A DNA stretch of 64,000 nt from Bacteroidales bacterium (GCA_045615765.1 JAZLFM010000010.1:99428-163427), one strand, 5' to 3'; positions 28,834-38,615 are shown, counted from the first letter of the stretch. Made by a program: numbers and translations. Notes: generated by a model from the sequence alone, not told the origin.

Positions 28834-29791
28834 ATACAAATTGTTGTGTCTTTTCAAAGTATTTCTGCAAAACCAACAACGACACGATGTCTTCTCGTTC
28901 TGCATTTAGAAATTGTTGTACATACTCATTTGCATGATGTATTATTGCAAGCGCCTCGTCCTCATGTGATATATAATAATTCAAGCGCTCTTCCAAATCA
29001 GAAAAATCGTCTGCAATGGCAACATAATGATAATTTGGAATAAGCGTGCCTTCCATAAACCACGTCTCGTATTTGGGTTTTGGCATTACTGCTAATGAAT
29101 TTGTAAGCATCACCCATTTTAGGTTTGTAGCGACATCATTTCCTTCCAAACACAATATAAACTTATACTGTAGATGTGCTTCCCGTGTCATTTTCTTACA
29201 AATCCAAGCTGGATCATACACAGGTTTTTCATTCACCTGACCTAAATCACAAAGCGGCGTACCAAACCATTTTTTATAGAAATCTATTCGATTCTGTTGA
29301 TACAACAATCCACGACCTATCAATTTGTTCTGTTTTGCTGAAAAGGGAGTAGAATCTACTATAAAATTGAAATGGCGAAATTTATTCAATTTTAAGAGTA
29401 TAGAATTCTCGTTTAATTCACTTATAGGACGACTTTTCACTATCGTTGGACATTGCGGAATCCAAGTTATATCGCCAAAAGAGAAACAAAAACGAAGTTT
29501 TTTAGAAAAATATTTCACATACTCATATGTATCAAAATAATATGCAAAATGATACTCCTTACCATATTTAAACTGCCCTAAACACATAGCATCAACAGGC
29601 AAAGACGTATGTGCTTGTAACTTGCAATAATAGTTTACCCTCTGTTCTATGTATGCTTTCTCTTCAGGATGTTTTGCTAAATACCGTCGAATCTTCGCAG
29701 CTCTTCTTATCTCAAACAACTTACGCGGACACAAGTATGAGACTATATTCTTTACCTGATACGGAAATTTTGCATTCTGACGAATTTTCAT
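28832..29791 (-). CDS. Glycosyltransferase family 90 (CAP10 domain) protein
   Basis: 319 aa. FILCLEGNDVATNLKWVMLTNSLAVMPKPKYETWFMEGTLIPNYHYV resembles the CAP10/GT90 core as I remember it. Confidence 0.6.
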   Translation of the reverse strand: MKIRQNAKFPYQVKNIVSYLCPRKLFEIRRAAKIRRYLAKHPEEKAYIEQRVNYYCKLQAHTSLPVDAMCLGQFKYGKEYHFAYYFDTYEYVKYFSKKLRFCFSFGDITWIPQCPTIVKSRPISELNENSILLKLNKFRHFNFIVDSTPFSAKQNKLIGRGLLYQQNRIDFYKKWFGTPLCDLGQVNEKPVYDPAWICKKMTREAHLQYKFILCLEGNDVATNLKWVMLTNSLAVMPKPKYETWFMEGTLIPNYHYVAIADDFSDLEERLNYYISHEDEALAIIHHANEYVQQFLNAEREDIVSLLVLQKYFEKTQQFV

Positions 29792-29794
29792 AAC

Positions 29795-30490
29795 CTACTC
29801 CTTCTTTTCCCTATTTTCTATAGAAAAACCTGGAAAATGCTTCAAAAATGATTTAGGAATTGGCACATCAAACACCATTGGTTGACGAGTAATCGGATGC
29901 ACAAATGCCAATCTATTGTTATGTAACATCAAACGATTTTCCGGATCTGTTTTAGCACCATACTTTCTATCGCCTGCAATGCACCAACCATGTTCAGACA
30001 ATTGCACACGAATCTGATTTTTTCGTCCTGTAAGTATTTGAACATCAAGCAAAGCCATATTCCTATATTCTGCCACAACTTTATAACGAGTTATCGCTAG
30101 TTTTCCTATTTCTCTATTACGAGTTGAATACACATAAGTAGCTGAATTTTCTGCCAAATACGAACGAATTTCTGCTTTCTTTGGATTAGGGACAACTTCA
30201 GTTACAGCAACATAGCGTCTATCCAACACGTAATCGTTCCAAGCATTACGAAATATTTGCTGAATTTCTTCGGTTTTTGCAAATAACAAAATACCAGAAG
30301 TGTATTGATCTAACCTATGACATACATAAGCCTCATTTTTTATATACTTATGCTTCACATAATCACGTACCAGTTGCCAGGCATTTACATCCTTCGAAGT
30401 CTTATTGCCAACCGACAATAAACCCGATGGTTTCTCTATCACAATCAACCATTTGTCTTCATACAAAATATTGAGTTTGCGAGAATTCAT
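29795..30490 (-). CDS. RluA-family pseudouridine synthase
   Basis: 231 aa. Catalytic motif HRLDQYTSGILLFAKT, plus GRKNQIRVQL. Confidence 0.85.
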   Translation of the reverse strand: MNSRKLNILYEDKWLIVIEKPSGLLSVGNKTSKDVNAWQLVRDYVKHKYIKNEAYVCHRLDQYTSGILLFAKTEEIQQIFRNAWNDYVLDRRYVAVTEVVPNPKKAEIRSYLAENSATYVYSTRNREIGKLAITRYKVVAEYRNMALLDVQILTGRKNQIRVQLSEHGWCIAGDRKYGAKTDPENRLMLHNNRLAFVHPITRQPMVFDVPIPKSFLKHFPGFSIENREKKE

Positions 30491-30492
30491 AT

Positions 30493-31761
30493 TTAATCTG
30501 CCAAAACATTTCTATAATACGCACGAACATCATTCCATTTATAATATGGAGCAATGTCACTCTGCAACGGAAGATCAACCTCACGCTCATTTAATAAAAC
30601 TTTCACCAAAATTTCGTCAGATTTCGGTGATTTATAAAATATCATCTGAAAGTTTCCTGCCATTGGAATAATCATATAATCTCTCCAAACATCGCTCAAC
30701 TTTTCCAAATCTGTAACCTGAGCATTGCAACCTTCCAACTGCATTAAACTACATAAAGGCAACAAACCAGTATCGTGACCAAAACGCAAATTCGCACATA
30801 CACCAGTTTTTTTCGACAAAGCCATATCAGCATCGTCTAAAATACCTTGTAAAATAGTTTTTCCAAACAAAACACCTTGATTATTTGTCAACGGACAGGT
30901 ACCATAAGAACCATACCACCAAGCATTCTGCACAACCCAGTTCCCATACAATTCCTCATCTGTGAAAACATCGTCGAAGTCTATATTCAAAGAGTCCATT
31001 CCCTGAATACTACAATGTATTTCATAAAATCTTCGCATAAAAGAACTTGCGTCGATATTTTCATTTACATAAACAGAGTCTTTAAACAAAGCTGTAATCA
31101 TACGCTGTGGTTTCACATATTTTTCACATAAAGCGCCATACGATTTTTGCCACTCATCTTTCGATTGATACGCTGCAACTTTATCCCAAGCATCAACTAC
31201 AATCGATGGCATTATTTTTTTACTACACTCTGTTCTAAATTCCAAATTCGGACTTAACGAAGCCAATTCCGTACAGAAAGCTGACATACTCACAATACAT
31301 CGTGGAGATGTAGAAACCTTTACAGCAACAACAGAAGCATTTTTCTTATTACCAAATATTTCTGGAAAATTGGACACCATTCGTGCTGCTATTCCCTTAT
31401 GTTGTTTCTGACCCAACAATGTTAAATCACCGGCACGTAAATCTGCATACACCTGTAATTTATATATTCGTTCTGCCACCGACTTTCCTAATTCCGTCAA
31501 TACATTAGCAGAATCTGCTTTGTGAAACAAATTAGAGAAATAACTATATTCACTTTGATTCCAATGGAAACGCGATCCATGTCTTCCATAATGACTCATA
31601 TAAACAGGTTTATATCCTTTAGGAGCAGGAGTATATTTTTCATTCGGATTCTCGTACGCCAAATAATTGCTACACATCTGATTACGAGTTGGTCGTGCTG
31701 TTTGTGAAAGACAAACAACAGACAAACACATTGTAAGAACTACAAATAAAAATTTCTTCAT
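30493..31761 (-). CDS. Secreted histidine acid phosphatase (MINPP/phytase-like branch-2 histidine phosphatase)
   Basis: 422 aa with a signal peptide. It has the RHG motif (SHYGRHGSRFH) and a downstream HD motif (RFGHDTG). Confidence 0.7.
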   Translation of the reverse strand: MKKFLFVVLTMCLSVVCLSQTARPTRNQMCSNYLAYENPNEKYTPAPKGYKPVYMSHYGRHGSRFHWNQSEYSYFSNLFHKADSANVLTELGKSVAERIYKLQVYADLRAGDLTLLGQKQHKGIAARMVSNFPEIFGNKKNASVVAVKVSTSPRCIVSMSAFCTELASLSPNLEFRTECSKKIMPSIVVDAWDKVAAYQSKDEWQKSYGALCEKYVKPQRMITALFKDSVYVNENIDASSFMRRFYEIHCSIQGMDSLNIDFDDVFTDEELYGNWVVQNAWWYGSYGTCPLTNNQGVLFGKTILQGILDDADMALSKKTGVCANLRFGHDTGLLPLCSLMQLEGCNAQVTDLEKLSDVWRDYMIIPMAGNFQMIFYKSPKSDEILVKVLLNEREVDLPLQSDIAPYYKWNDVRAYYRNVLAD

Positions 31762-31770
31762 CTCATTAGT

Positions 31771-31804
31771 AAAAAAAATCCCAACAGAAAACTCTATTGG
31801 GATT
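31771..31804 (-). terminator. Intrinsic terminator after frr, abutting the start of the phosphatase gene
   Basis: The plus-strand stem is AATCCCA (31777-31783) / TGGGATT (31798-31804). On the minus strand it is followed by the T-run from the A8 tract (31771-31778, two of whose bases lie in the stem). Confidence 0.55.
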
Positions 31805-31827
31805 CTTAATGTATTAGTTTCTAAAAA

Positions 31828-32388
31828 TTAAATCTTCATAATATCTGCTTCTTTTTCAGCAGCTTTTTCGTCAACCTTTGCAATTGCAGCATCAATGATT
31901 TTTTGAATTTGAGCCTCGCCATCTTTTGCCATATCTTCTGCAAGACCATCTTTTTGCAATTTCTTAATCATTTCGTTTGCATCGCGACGAACATTACGAA
32001 TAACAACCTTTGTATTTTCAGCCTCGGCACGAACTTGTTTACACAAATCCTTACGACGTTCTTCTGTCAACACAGGAATAGAAATTCTAATTAACTGACC
32101 ATCGTTGATAGGAGTCAAACCAAGGTTTGCAACCATGATTGCTTTTTCAATAGGATCAATCATTTTCTTTTCCCATGGTTGTACCACCAAAGTACGAGCG
32201 TCAGCAGAGTTTACATTAGCAACCTGATTCAAAGGCGTCATTGTTCCGTAGTAATCTACACGAACAGACTCCAACATTACAGGAGAAGCCTTACCCGCAC
32301 GCAATTTTGAAAGTTCAGAATCCAAACGCTGTAATGGAGCGTTCATTCTGTCTTTTGTATCTTCAATAACTAATTCTAGTTCTTCCAT
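31828..32388 (-). CDS. frr: Ribosome recycling factor
   Basis: From the ATG at 32388 the product is MEELELVIEDTKDRMNAPLQRLDSELSKLRAGKASPVMLESVRVDYYG...LTEERRKDL...VRNVRRDAN, colinear with Frr. The track start at 32457 would overlap the upstream tonB-like gene. Confidence 0.92.
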   Translation of the reverse strand: MEELELVIEDTKDRMNAPLQRLDSELSKLRAGKASPVMLESVRVDYYGTMTPLNQVANVNSADARTLVVQPWEKKMIDPIEKAIMVANLGLTPINDGQLIRISIPVLTEERRKDLCKQVRAEAENTKVVIRNVRRDANEMIKKLQKDGLAEDMAKDGEAQIQKIIDAAIAKVDEKAAEKEADIMKI

Positions 32389-32389
32389 A

Positions 32390-33088
32390 TTATTTACCCA
32401 ATTTGAATTGAACAGGTAAGTTGAAATATACAGGTACTTTTTCACCAGCTTGTTCACCCGGTTCGAATGCAGGTAATTTTGCTACAACATCCAATGCAGC
32501 TTTATCAAGCAATGGATTTACTGATTTCAAAATTTCAGGATGAACTGCTTTTCCTTGTTTATTTACAACGAATTTCACAACCACTGTACCTTCTGCACCC
32601 ATATCGGCTGCTTCTTGTGGATATTCCAATTTTTCACCAATAAATTTAATCAAAGCACCCATACCACCAGGGAAACTAGGCATTTTCTCTACACGAATGT
32701 GTGGAGTACCTTCGTTTACTTCTTCATCATCATTATCAAAATTTATCGGGTCTTTGATATCAGCATTTTGATCATCATTATTAGCCTGCATTTGGTCTGA
32801 TTGGTCTTCATTTTCGTTTTCTGTTTCCACAACTTGATCAGAAGCAGGAGGTTCTGGCAATTCTGGTTTTGGTTGTTCAACTTCTGGTTGTTCTGGTTCA
32901 CGAGTTACTTCAACCATTTCCATATCATCTTCCGAACCTATAGTTTCACGTTGCACCGAGTTATTTGATTCACTAACACCAACTTCAAATGCAACTAATA
33001 CTATAAGAAGTACAACAACAAATCCTATTTCTCTGAATAACAATCGTTTGTCTTCAAGATTTGCTTTTTCGCTTTTCTTTATTTCCAT
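32390..33088 (-). CDS. tonB: Energy transducer TonB
   Basis: 232 aa with an N-terminal TM anchor and a Pro/Glu-rich spacer (EPEQPEVEQPKPELPEPP). The C-terminal TonB domain reads PSFPGGMGALIKFIGEKLEYPQEAADMGAEGTVVVKFVV. Confidence 0.85.
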   Translation of the reverse strand: MEIKKSEKANLEDKRLLFREIGFVVVLLIVLVAFEVGVSESNNSVQRETIGSEDDMEMVEVTREPEQPEVEQPKPELPEPPASDQVVETENENEDQSDQMQANNDDQNADIKDPINFDNDDEEVNEGTPHIRVEKMPSFPGGMGALIKFIGEKLEYPQEAADMGAEGTVVVKFVVNKQGKAVHPEILKSVNPLLDKAALDVVAKLPAFEPGEQAGEKVPVYFNLPVQFKLGK

Positions 33089-33177
33089 AATACAATGTAT
33101 AAATCGTCAAAATTTTTGCTAAAATAGTAAATTACTTTGAATAAATAAGACGCCATGCCGATTTTTTCGACAACAAA

Positions 33178-34545
33178 TTATTCTGCATCTGATTTTTTAA
33201 ATATTTCTCTGAAAGTATTGTCAATTCTAGAACATGAAACAACCTGACATTGCGAGTTACTTTTTATTTCACAAGGTGGCACAAACATTTTTTGTATACC
33301 CAATTTTGCAGATTCTTTCACGCGTTTTTCTACTTGAGAAACGGAACGAACTTCGCCGGTAAGGCCAATTTCTCCGGCAAAACAAAACGTATTCGGAATA
33401 TAAAAATCAAATAATGACGAAAGTATTGCCGCTACTACAGCAAAATCTATAGAAGTATCTTGTACCCGTATTCCGCCAGCAACATTTATGAACACATCTT
33501 TCGTATATATTTTGACTCCAAGTCTTTTTTCTATCACTGCAAGTAACATATTCAAACGCTTGCTATCATACCCATTCACTGTTCGTTGTGGGGTTCCATA
33601 AGCAGCCGTACTTACTAGCGCTTGGACTTCTATCATCAATGGGCGAATACCTTCCATAACTGAAGCAACCGCTACTCCACTCAATTTTTCAGGGTTTCCG
33701 CTCAACATTATTTCCGAAGGATTTGAGACTTCTTTCAAACCAGAGTGAACCATCTCAAAGATTCCAATTTCCGCAGTTGATCCAAAACGGTTTTTATTAC
33801 TACGCAAAATTCTATACACATTATGCATATCGCCTTCGAACTGCAACACAACATCCACCATGTGTTCTAAAATTTTTGGTCCCGCAATACTGCCTTCTTT
33901 ATTGATATGTCCTATCAATATCATCGGGATATGGGTAGATTTCGCCAATTCTATCAGCAAATTCGACGTTTCGCGTATCTGTGAAACACTACCCGGAGTT
34001 GCATCTATATCTGGATGTTTCAGAGTCTGAACCGAATCAATTATTACCAATTCTGGTTGAAACTGTTTCACTTCCTGTATAATTGCAGCAACATTTGTCT
34101 CACTATAGATATAACAACTTTCGGATTTTGTACTCAATCGTTGTGCGCGAAGAAAGATTTGCTGAGGACTTTCCTCCCCCGACACATACAAGACTTTTTT
34201 ATTTAGAGAAACTGCAACTTGTAACAATAAGGTTGACTTTCCTATTCCCGGTTCTCCTCCTAACAATATTACGGAACCAGGAACAATTCCTCCACCAACT
34301 ACTTGATCAAGTTCATGAATACCTGTTTGAATACGCTCTAACTTCTCAGTTTTGATTTCACCTAAAACAATAGGTTTAGAAGAAGAGACAACAGTTGCAC
34401 TTGACGCAGACTTTCCTACATTCGATTGAATTACTTCTTCTTGAAAGGAATTCCAAGAACCACACGAACTACACTTACCCATCCATTTAGGAGATTGGGC
34501 ACCACAATTTTGGCAAACGAATACAACCTTGGATTTAACAGCCAC
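33178..34545 (-). CDS. radA: DNA repair protein RadA
   Basis: 455 aa. It has a zinc ribbon (CQNCGAQSPKWMGKCSSCGSW), a Walker A motif (GEPGIGKST), the KNRFG motif and a Lon-like C-terminal domain. Confidence 0.95.
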   Translation of the reverse strand: MAVKSKVVFVCQNCGAQSPKWMGKCSSCGSWNSFQEEVIQSNVGKSASSATVVSSSKPIVLGEIKTEKLERIQTGIHELDQVVGGGIVPGSVILLGGEPGIGKSTLLLQVAVSLNKKVLYVSGEESPQQIFLRAQRLSTKSESCYIYSETNVAAIIQEVKQFQPELVIIDSVQTLKHPDIDATPGSVSQIRETSNLLIELAKSTHIPMILIGHINKEGSIAGPKILEHMVDVVLQFEGDMHNVYRILRSNKNRFGSTAEIGIFEMVHSGLKEVSNPSEIMLSGNPEKLSGVAVASVMEGIRPLMIEVQALVSTAAYGTPQRTVNGYDSKRLNMLLAVIEKRLGVKIYTKDVFINVAGGIRVQDTSIDFAVVAAILSSLFDFYIPNTFCFAGEIGLTGEVRSVSQVEKRVKESAKLGIQKMFVPPCEIKSNSQCQVVSCSRIDNTFREIFKKSDAE

Positions 34546-34548
34546 TAC

Positions 34549-34935
34549 TTATTTTGTAAACTCTCGTCGGAGATAGCAGCCTTGAGTATTTCCATCAAGC
34601 AACTCCACACGATTCAATTTTAACTTACGACTATTTACTTTCTCTACACGCCACACACCATTCATTGTAGAGCCTTGAATACGCACATATCGAGTAACGA
34701 TTGATCTTGTAAAGACCTCGTATGAACAAACTTGAACACTATCTGCTTTCCCGAACAAAATATCGTTTGAAATTTCCAACTTGCCCCCAGAATAGAAAGT
34801 CCATTTTGCATCATCCGACCATCCACAGTCACCTACATCTTCAACTTTCCACTCTCCTATCAAACGAGTTTCGGTAGATTTTGAGCAACTAACAAATATT
34901 ATTGCAACAAAAAAAATGTATAAAAATTTTTTCAT
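34549..34935 (-). CDS. Small lipocalin-like lipoprotein (paralog 1)
   Basis: The ATG at 34935 gives MKKFLYIFFVAIIFVSCSK. The product shares GEWKVEDVGDCGW...WTFYSGG and a C-terminal LRREF with the neighbouring paralog. Confidence 0.65.
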   Translation of the reverse strand: MKKFLYIFFVAIIFVSCSKSTETRLIGEWKVEDVGDCGWSDDAKWTFYSGGKLEISNDILFGKADSVQVCSYEVFTRSIVTRYVRIQGSTMNGVWRVEKVNSRKLKLNRVELLDGNTQGCYLRREFTK

Positions 34936-34954
34936 AGGCACACTATATTTCCAA

Positions 34955-34962
34955 CAAATATA
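34955..34962 (-). promoter_or_regulatory. -7 box (TATATTTG on the minus strand) for lipocalin-like paralog 1 / radA
   Basis: The plus strand reads caaatata, 20 nt upstream of the ATG at 34935. Confidence 0.45.
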
Positions 34963-35018
34963 GAAAACTATCTCCTTTTAACAAAGAGAATGAATGTATT
35001 TATAACCGAAAAGAAAAA

Positions 35019-35420
35019 TTAATATTTCTGAAATTCACGGCGAAGGAAAGCACCATCTCGAGAACCATCCAAAAACGATTCACGAGTTAAGATAAGCGTG
35101 CTGCGTTTATGTTTATCAATTCTCCAGTTACCTTGAAACCAACCATAATCAGACCTAATACGAACATAATTACGCCATTTTCCATGGAATGTTTCCCATG
35201 AGCCAACGACGGTTGAATCAGGTTTTGCATTAACATCATTTAATAAAACAACATCCCCATTAGAATAAAATGTCCACGTTGTTACATCAGGCCATCCACA
35301 ATCGCCAACAGTCACAACTGTCCATTCCCCAACCAATCGTGATTCTTCAATTTTAGCACAACCAACAAGCCCTGCTAAAAATACCATCACGGTAAATAGT
35401 GTTACAATTTGCTTTTTCAT
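35019..35420 (-). CDS. Small lipocalin-like lipoprotein (paralog 2)
   Basis: 133 aa with lipobox LAGLVGCAK. It contains GEWTVVTVGDCGWPDVTTWTFYSNG and ends in FLRREF. It overlaps the upstream TonB-like gene by 4 nt. Confidence 0.65.
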   Translation of the reverse strand: MKKQIVTLFTVMVFLAGLVGCAKIEESRLVGEWTVVTVGDCGWPDVTTWTFYSNGDVVLLNDVNAKPDSTVVGSWETFHGKWRNYVRIRSDYGWFQGNWRIDKHKRSTLILTRESFLDGSRDGAFLRREFQKY

Positions 35421-36193
35421 TTCTTTGAAGTAGTGTATTCGTATGTAATTTTTGCGTATCGCGTTGTTCTTTCATCTGGTTGGAAAGTAGTTTTTTTCGC
35501 TGCTTCTTTTGCCGCATTTATACAAGCTTGTTCTGTCAATGCAGTTTCAACAGATTGTATAGAAGTTACTATTCCAGCCGAATTTACAACAACTGTAAGA
35601 ACTATAGGATTATTACAATTTGATGTATTACTTGGTTTCACCAAATTCACAGCATCACCATTTCCGTAAGGACTACCTGGATTTCCTTTTTTATTTTTTG
35701 ATTCTGTACCATTTGGATTTCCCGCACGTCCAGTAGAAGCACCAGTATTCGAATTTCCTTCCGTTCCTACGCCATTTTGTCCGCCACCACCCGACAATTT
35801 ACCGGTAAGTGCATCCATTTTTTGTTTAAATTCGTTTTCTTGACGAATTCTTTCCTGTTCTTCAGGAGATAACTCTGGTTGTTTGGGAGTCTCTACCTTC
35901 GTATTGTTCTTCTTTACCGAAATTGAAGGGACTTCTGTTTGAGTAACATACGAATCGTCGTTTGATTGAGGCTGAGCTGGCGTAGAAGGATTAGATGCCG
36001 TTGCATCTATCGGTGTTCCTGCATCATCGCCCACAACTAATTCACCAAAATCCACAACAATACCATCTGGTTCCGGAAACTCTAATGGTGGAGCAGAAAA
36101 GCCAAATAGCAAAAGAATTATTAGCACAATACCATGAACAAGTAATGTACCAATAATTCCATACTTTCTATCTCCAACAAATAGTTCTTTCAT
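35417..36193 (-). CDS. TonB/TolA-like energy-transducer protein (third gene of the exbB-exbD set)
   Basis: 258 aa with an N-terminal TM anchor, a long Pro/Gln/Gly-rich linker and a short C-terminal domain. Its position is directly after exbB and exbD. Confidence 0.65.
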   Translation of the reverse strand: MKELFVGDRKYGIIGTLLVHGIVLIILLLFGFSAPPLEFPEPDGIVVDFGELVVGDDAGTPIDATASNPSTPAQPQSNDDSYVTQTEVPSISVKKNNTKVETPKQPELSPEEQERIRQENEFKQKMDALTGKLSGGGGQNGVGTEGNSNTGASTGRAGNPNGTESKNKKGNPGSPYGNGDAVNLVKPSNTSNCNNPIVLTVVVNSAGIVTSIQSVETALTEQACINAAKEAAKKTTFQPDERTTRYAKITYEYTTSKK

Positions 36194-36194
36194 A

Positions 36195-36584
36195 TCAAGG
36201 TTTTGTCGCTAAAGTAAACTTCCAACGATTTCTATTTGCGATTTCCATAATCTTAACAGTTTCTCCCGTCGGCACATCTTTATCGACACGCAAAACAATA
36301 GCCGGTTCCTCTTGGCCCGCCAATTCTTGTTTCAAACGACTTTCAACTTCTTCGAAAGGTACAACTGTTGTATTAACAGCAAAACGACCTGACGCATCAA
36401 TTGAAACAGAAACATGAGGAATTAACTTCACCTGTGAAGAACTTTGTGGCAATGACACTTGCAAACCATTAGGCGCAATCTGTGTTGATGTCACCATAAA
36501 AAATATCAGCAACAAAAACACAATATCCGTCATTGACGACATATTGAAACTTGTGGTGATTTTATTTCGAGCTTCTATTGCCAT
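36195..36584 (-). CDS. exbD: Biopolymer transporter ExbD/TolR
   Basis: 129 aa. It has the single TM segment MTDIVFLLLIFFMV typical of ExbD and a periplasmic domain. Confidence 0.85.
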   Translation of the reverse strand: MAIEARNKITTSFNMSSMTDIVFLLLIFFMVTSTQIAPNGLQVSLPQSSSQVKLIPHVSVSIDASGRFAVNTTVVPFEEVESRLKQELAGQEEPAIVLRVDKDVPTGETVKIMEIANRNRWKFTLATKP

Positions 36585-37279
36585 TATGCTGGTTCATTAA
36601 GCAAATCCATAAATTCTGTGGTACGCAATTCCATCATATTAACAACCTTACCAATTTCTGCTGTCAATATGTTATAGCCTAACATTGCAATCACACCAAC
36701 AATAAGACCAGCAACAGTTGTCACCATTGCGGTATAAATACCATTAGACAACATAGCAATACTAAAGTTTCCACCTGCATTTGCCATATCATAGAAAGCC
36801 GTAATCATACCCAAAACAGTACCTAGGAAACCAACCATAGGACCGACACTAGAAATTGTAGCCAACATAGGCAATCCTTTTTCTAGATTTGCGACTTCCA
36901 ATTTTCCCACATTTTCAATTGCCTCACGAGTATCACGCATGTCTTTATTCAAACGACTAAGACCTTTGTCTATCATGCGAGCAATTGGCGAGTCTGTACT
37001 TTGGCAACGAATATGAGCCTCTTCAATTTTTCCTTGTTTTACGAAATTCTTCACTTCATTCATAAAACTAGAATCTTCTTTAGCGGCTTTTCTGATTGCC
37101 AACGCACGTTCAATAATAATATACACTGCGGCAATAGAAAAAAGTAAAAGGAAGATCATAATCCAACCTCCCTTTAATGCCATATTCCACAATGTTAAGT
37201 CTTCTGCTACAGCTTCAGCAACAGCCGGAGAAGTTCCGACTGTTACATCTGCTAATATAGTACAAATTGATGCTAACAT
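36584..37279 (-). CDS. exbB: MotA/TolQ/ExbB proton-channel protein
   Basis: 231 aa with three TM segments. The conserved C-terminal segment is LATISSVGPMVGFLGTVLGMITAF. Confidence 0.85.
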   Translation of the reverse strand: MLASICTILADVTVGTSPAVAEAVAEDLTLWNMALKGGWIMIFLLLFSIAAVYIIIERALAIRKAAKEDSSFMNEVKNFVKQGKIEEAHIRCQSTDSPIARMIDKGLSRLNKDMRDTREAIENVGKLEVANLEKGLPMLATISSVGPMVGFLGTVLGMITAFYDMANAGGNFSIAMLSNGIYTAMVTTVAGLIVGVIAMLGYNILTAEIGKVVNMMELRTTEFMDLLNEPA

Positions 37280-37280
37280 A

Positions 37281-38585
37281 TTATAATCCTAAAACTGCTT
37301 TTTCAACATAAATCCAAGCAACACCAGCCAAGTAACCAACTAAAGCCAACCAGCTAATGTGTTTCAAATACCATACGAAATCAATTTTCTCCAAGCCCAT
37401 TGCAGCTACACCTGCTGCCGAACCGATGATTAAAATTGAACCACCTGTACCAGCACAGTAAGCAAGCATTTGCCAGAATGTTCCATCTTGAGCGAAATCA
37501 ACAACAGAAGGATCTACAAGATACATCTTCATTGAAGCTGCAACAAGTGGCACATTGTCGATAATTGATGACAATACACCTATAACGCTATCGATAACAT
37601 AAATATTGCCTCCAGTAACATCACGCAACCATTCAGACAAAAGTCCAAGTTGACCTGCTGCTCCAAGAGCACCTACAGCTGTCAAAATACCCAAGAAGAA
37701 GAAAATTGTTGGTGTTTCGACATGTTTCAAAATATGAACAACAGTAAGTTTTTGTTTAACTTCTTTTGATTTTTTCTTGTGCATAAGTTCTGTAACCATC
37801 CACATAATACCCAAACCAAGCAACATACCCATAAATGGAGGTAAGTGAGTAATTGTTTTGAATACAGGAACAAACAACAACAAACCAACACCAAGAATCA
37901 ACAATGCTAATTGTTCACCTGGAGTTGTTATTGATTCAGCAGTTTTTGCTTGTTCTGGACGTTCAATTTCACCTTTCATTGTAAAAGTAAGTATCACAAG
38001 AGGTACAATCATAGAAACCAAACTTGGAGCAATAATTCCTGTGATGATTTTAGCCGCAGATATTTGACCACCAATCCATAACATGATTGTTGTCACATCA
38101 CCAATTGGAGACCATGCGCCACCTGCATTTGCTGCAATCACAACAATACTAGCGTATGTCCAACGAGTTGGTTGATCTTTAATAAGTTTACGAAGTAATG
38201 ATAGAATCACAATTGTTGTTGTTAGGTTATCAAGAACAGCTGACATAAAGAATGTCAAGAAACTCAAGATCCACAACAATTTCACCTTACTTGTTGCAGT
38301 AATTCTGTCAGTGATGATTTTAAAACCATTGTGACGGTCAACAATTTCAACAATTGTCATTGCAGCGAACAAGAAGAACAATGTTTGTGCTGTTTCCGCC
38401 AAGTTTTCATCCAATGAATGAACTACTTCGTGAACATCTACACCTCCAAAAAGAATGAACACTGCCCATGTTAATACACCTATCAACAACGCAGAAGCTG
38501 CCTTGTCGATTTTCAAAGGATGCTCCAATGCTATGCATAGATAGCCTAGAACAAAGATTATAACCATTACTAATGAGTAAGACAT
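37281..38585 (-). CDS. nhaD: Sodium:proton antiporter, NhaD/ArsB-type
   Basis: Polytopic membrane protein. The ATG at 38585 gives MSYSLVMVIIFVLGYLCIALEHP. The track's TTG start (38618) lies inside the -7 box. Confidence 0.7.
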   Translation of the reverse strand: MSYSLVMVIIFVLGYLCIALEHPLKIDKAASALLIGVLTWAVFILFGGVDVHEVVHSLDENLAETAQTLFFLFAAMTIVEIVDRHNGFKIITDRITATSKVKLLWILSFLTFFMSAVLDNLTTTIVILSLLRKLIKDQPTRWTYASIVVIAANAGGAWSPIGDVTTIMLWIGGQISAAKIITGIIAPSLVSMIVPLVILTFTMKGEIERPEQAKTAESITTPGEQLALLILGVGLLLFVPVFKTITHLPPFMGMLLGLGIMWMVTELMHKKKSKEVKQKLTVVHILKHVETPTIFFFLGILTAVGALGAAGQLGLLSEWLRDVTGGNIYVIDSVIGVLSSIIDNVPLVAASMKMYLVDPSVVDFAQDGTFWQMLAYCAGTGGSILIIGSAAGVAAMGLEKIDFVWYLKHISWLALVGYLAGVAWIYVEKAVLGL

Positions 38586-38615
38586 AATAATTTGATTTTT
38601 TATTTGTTTTCGTGG

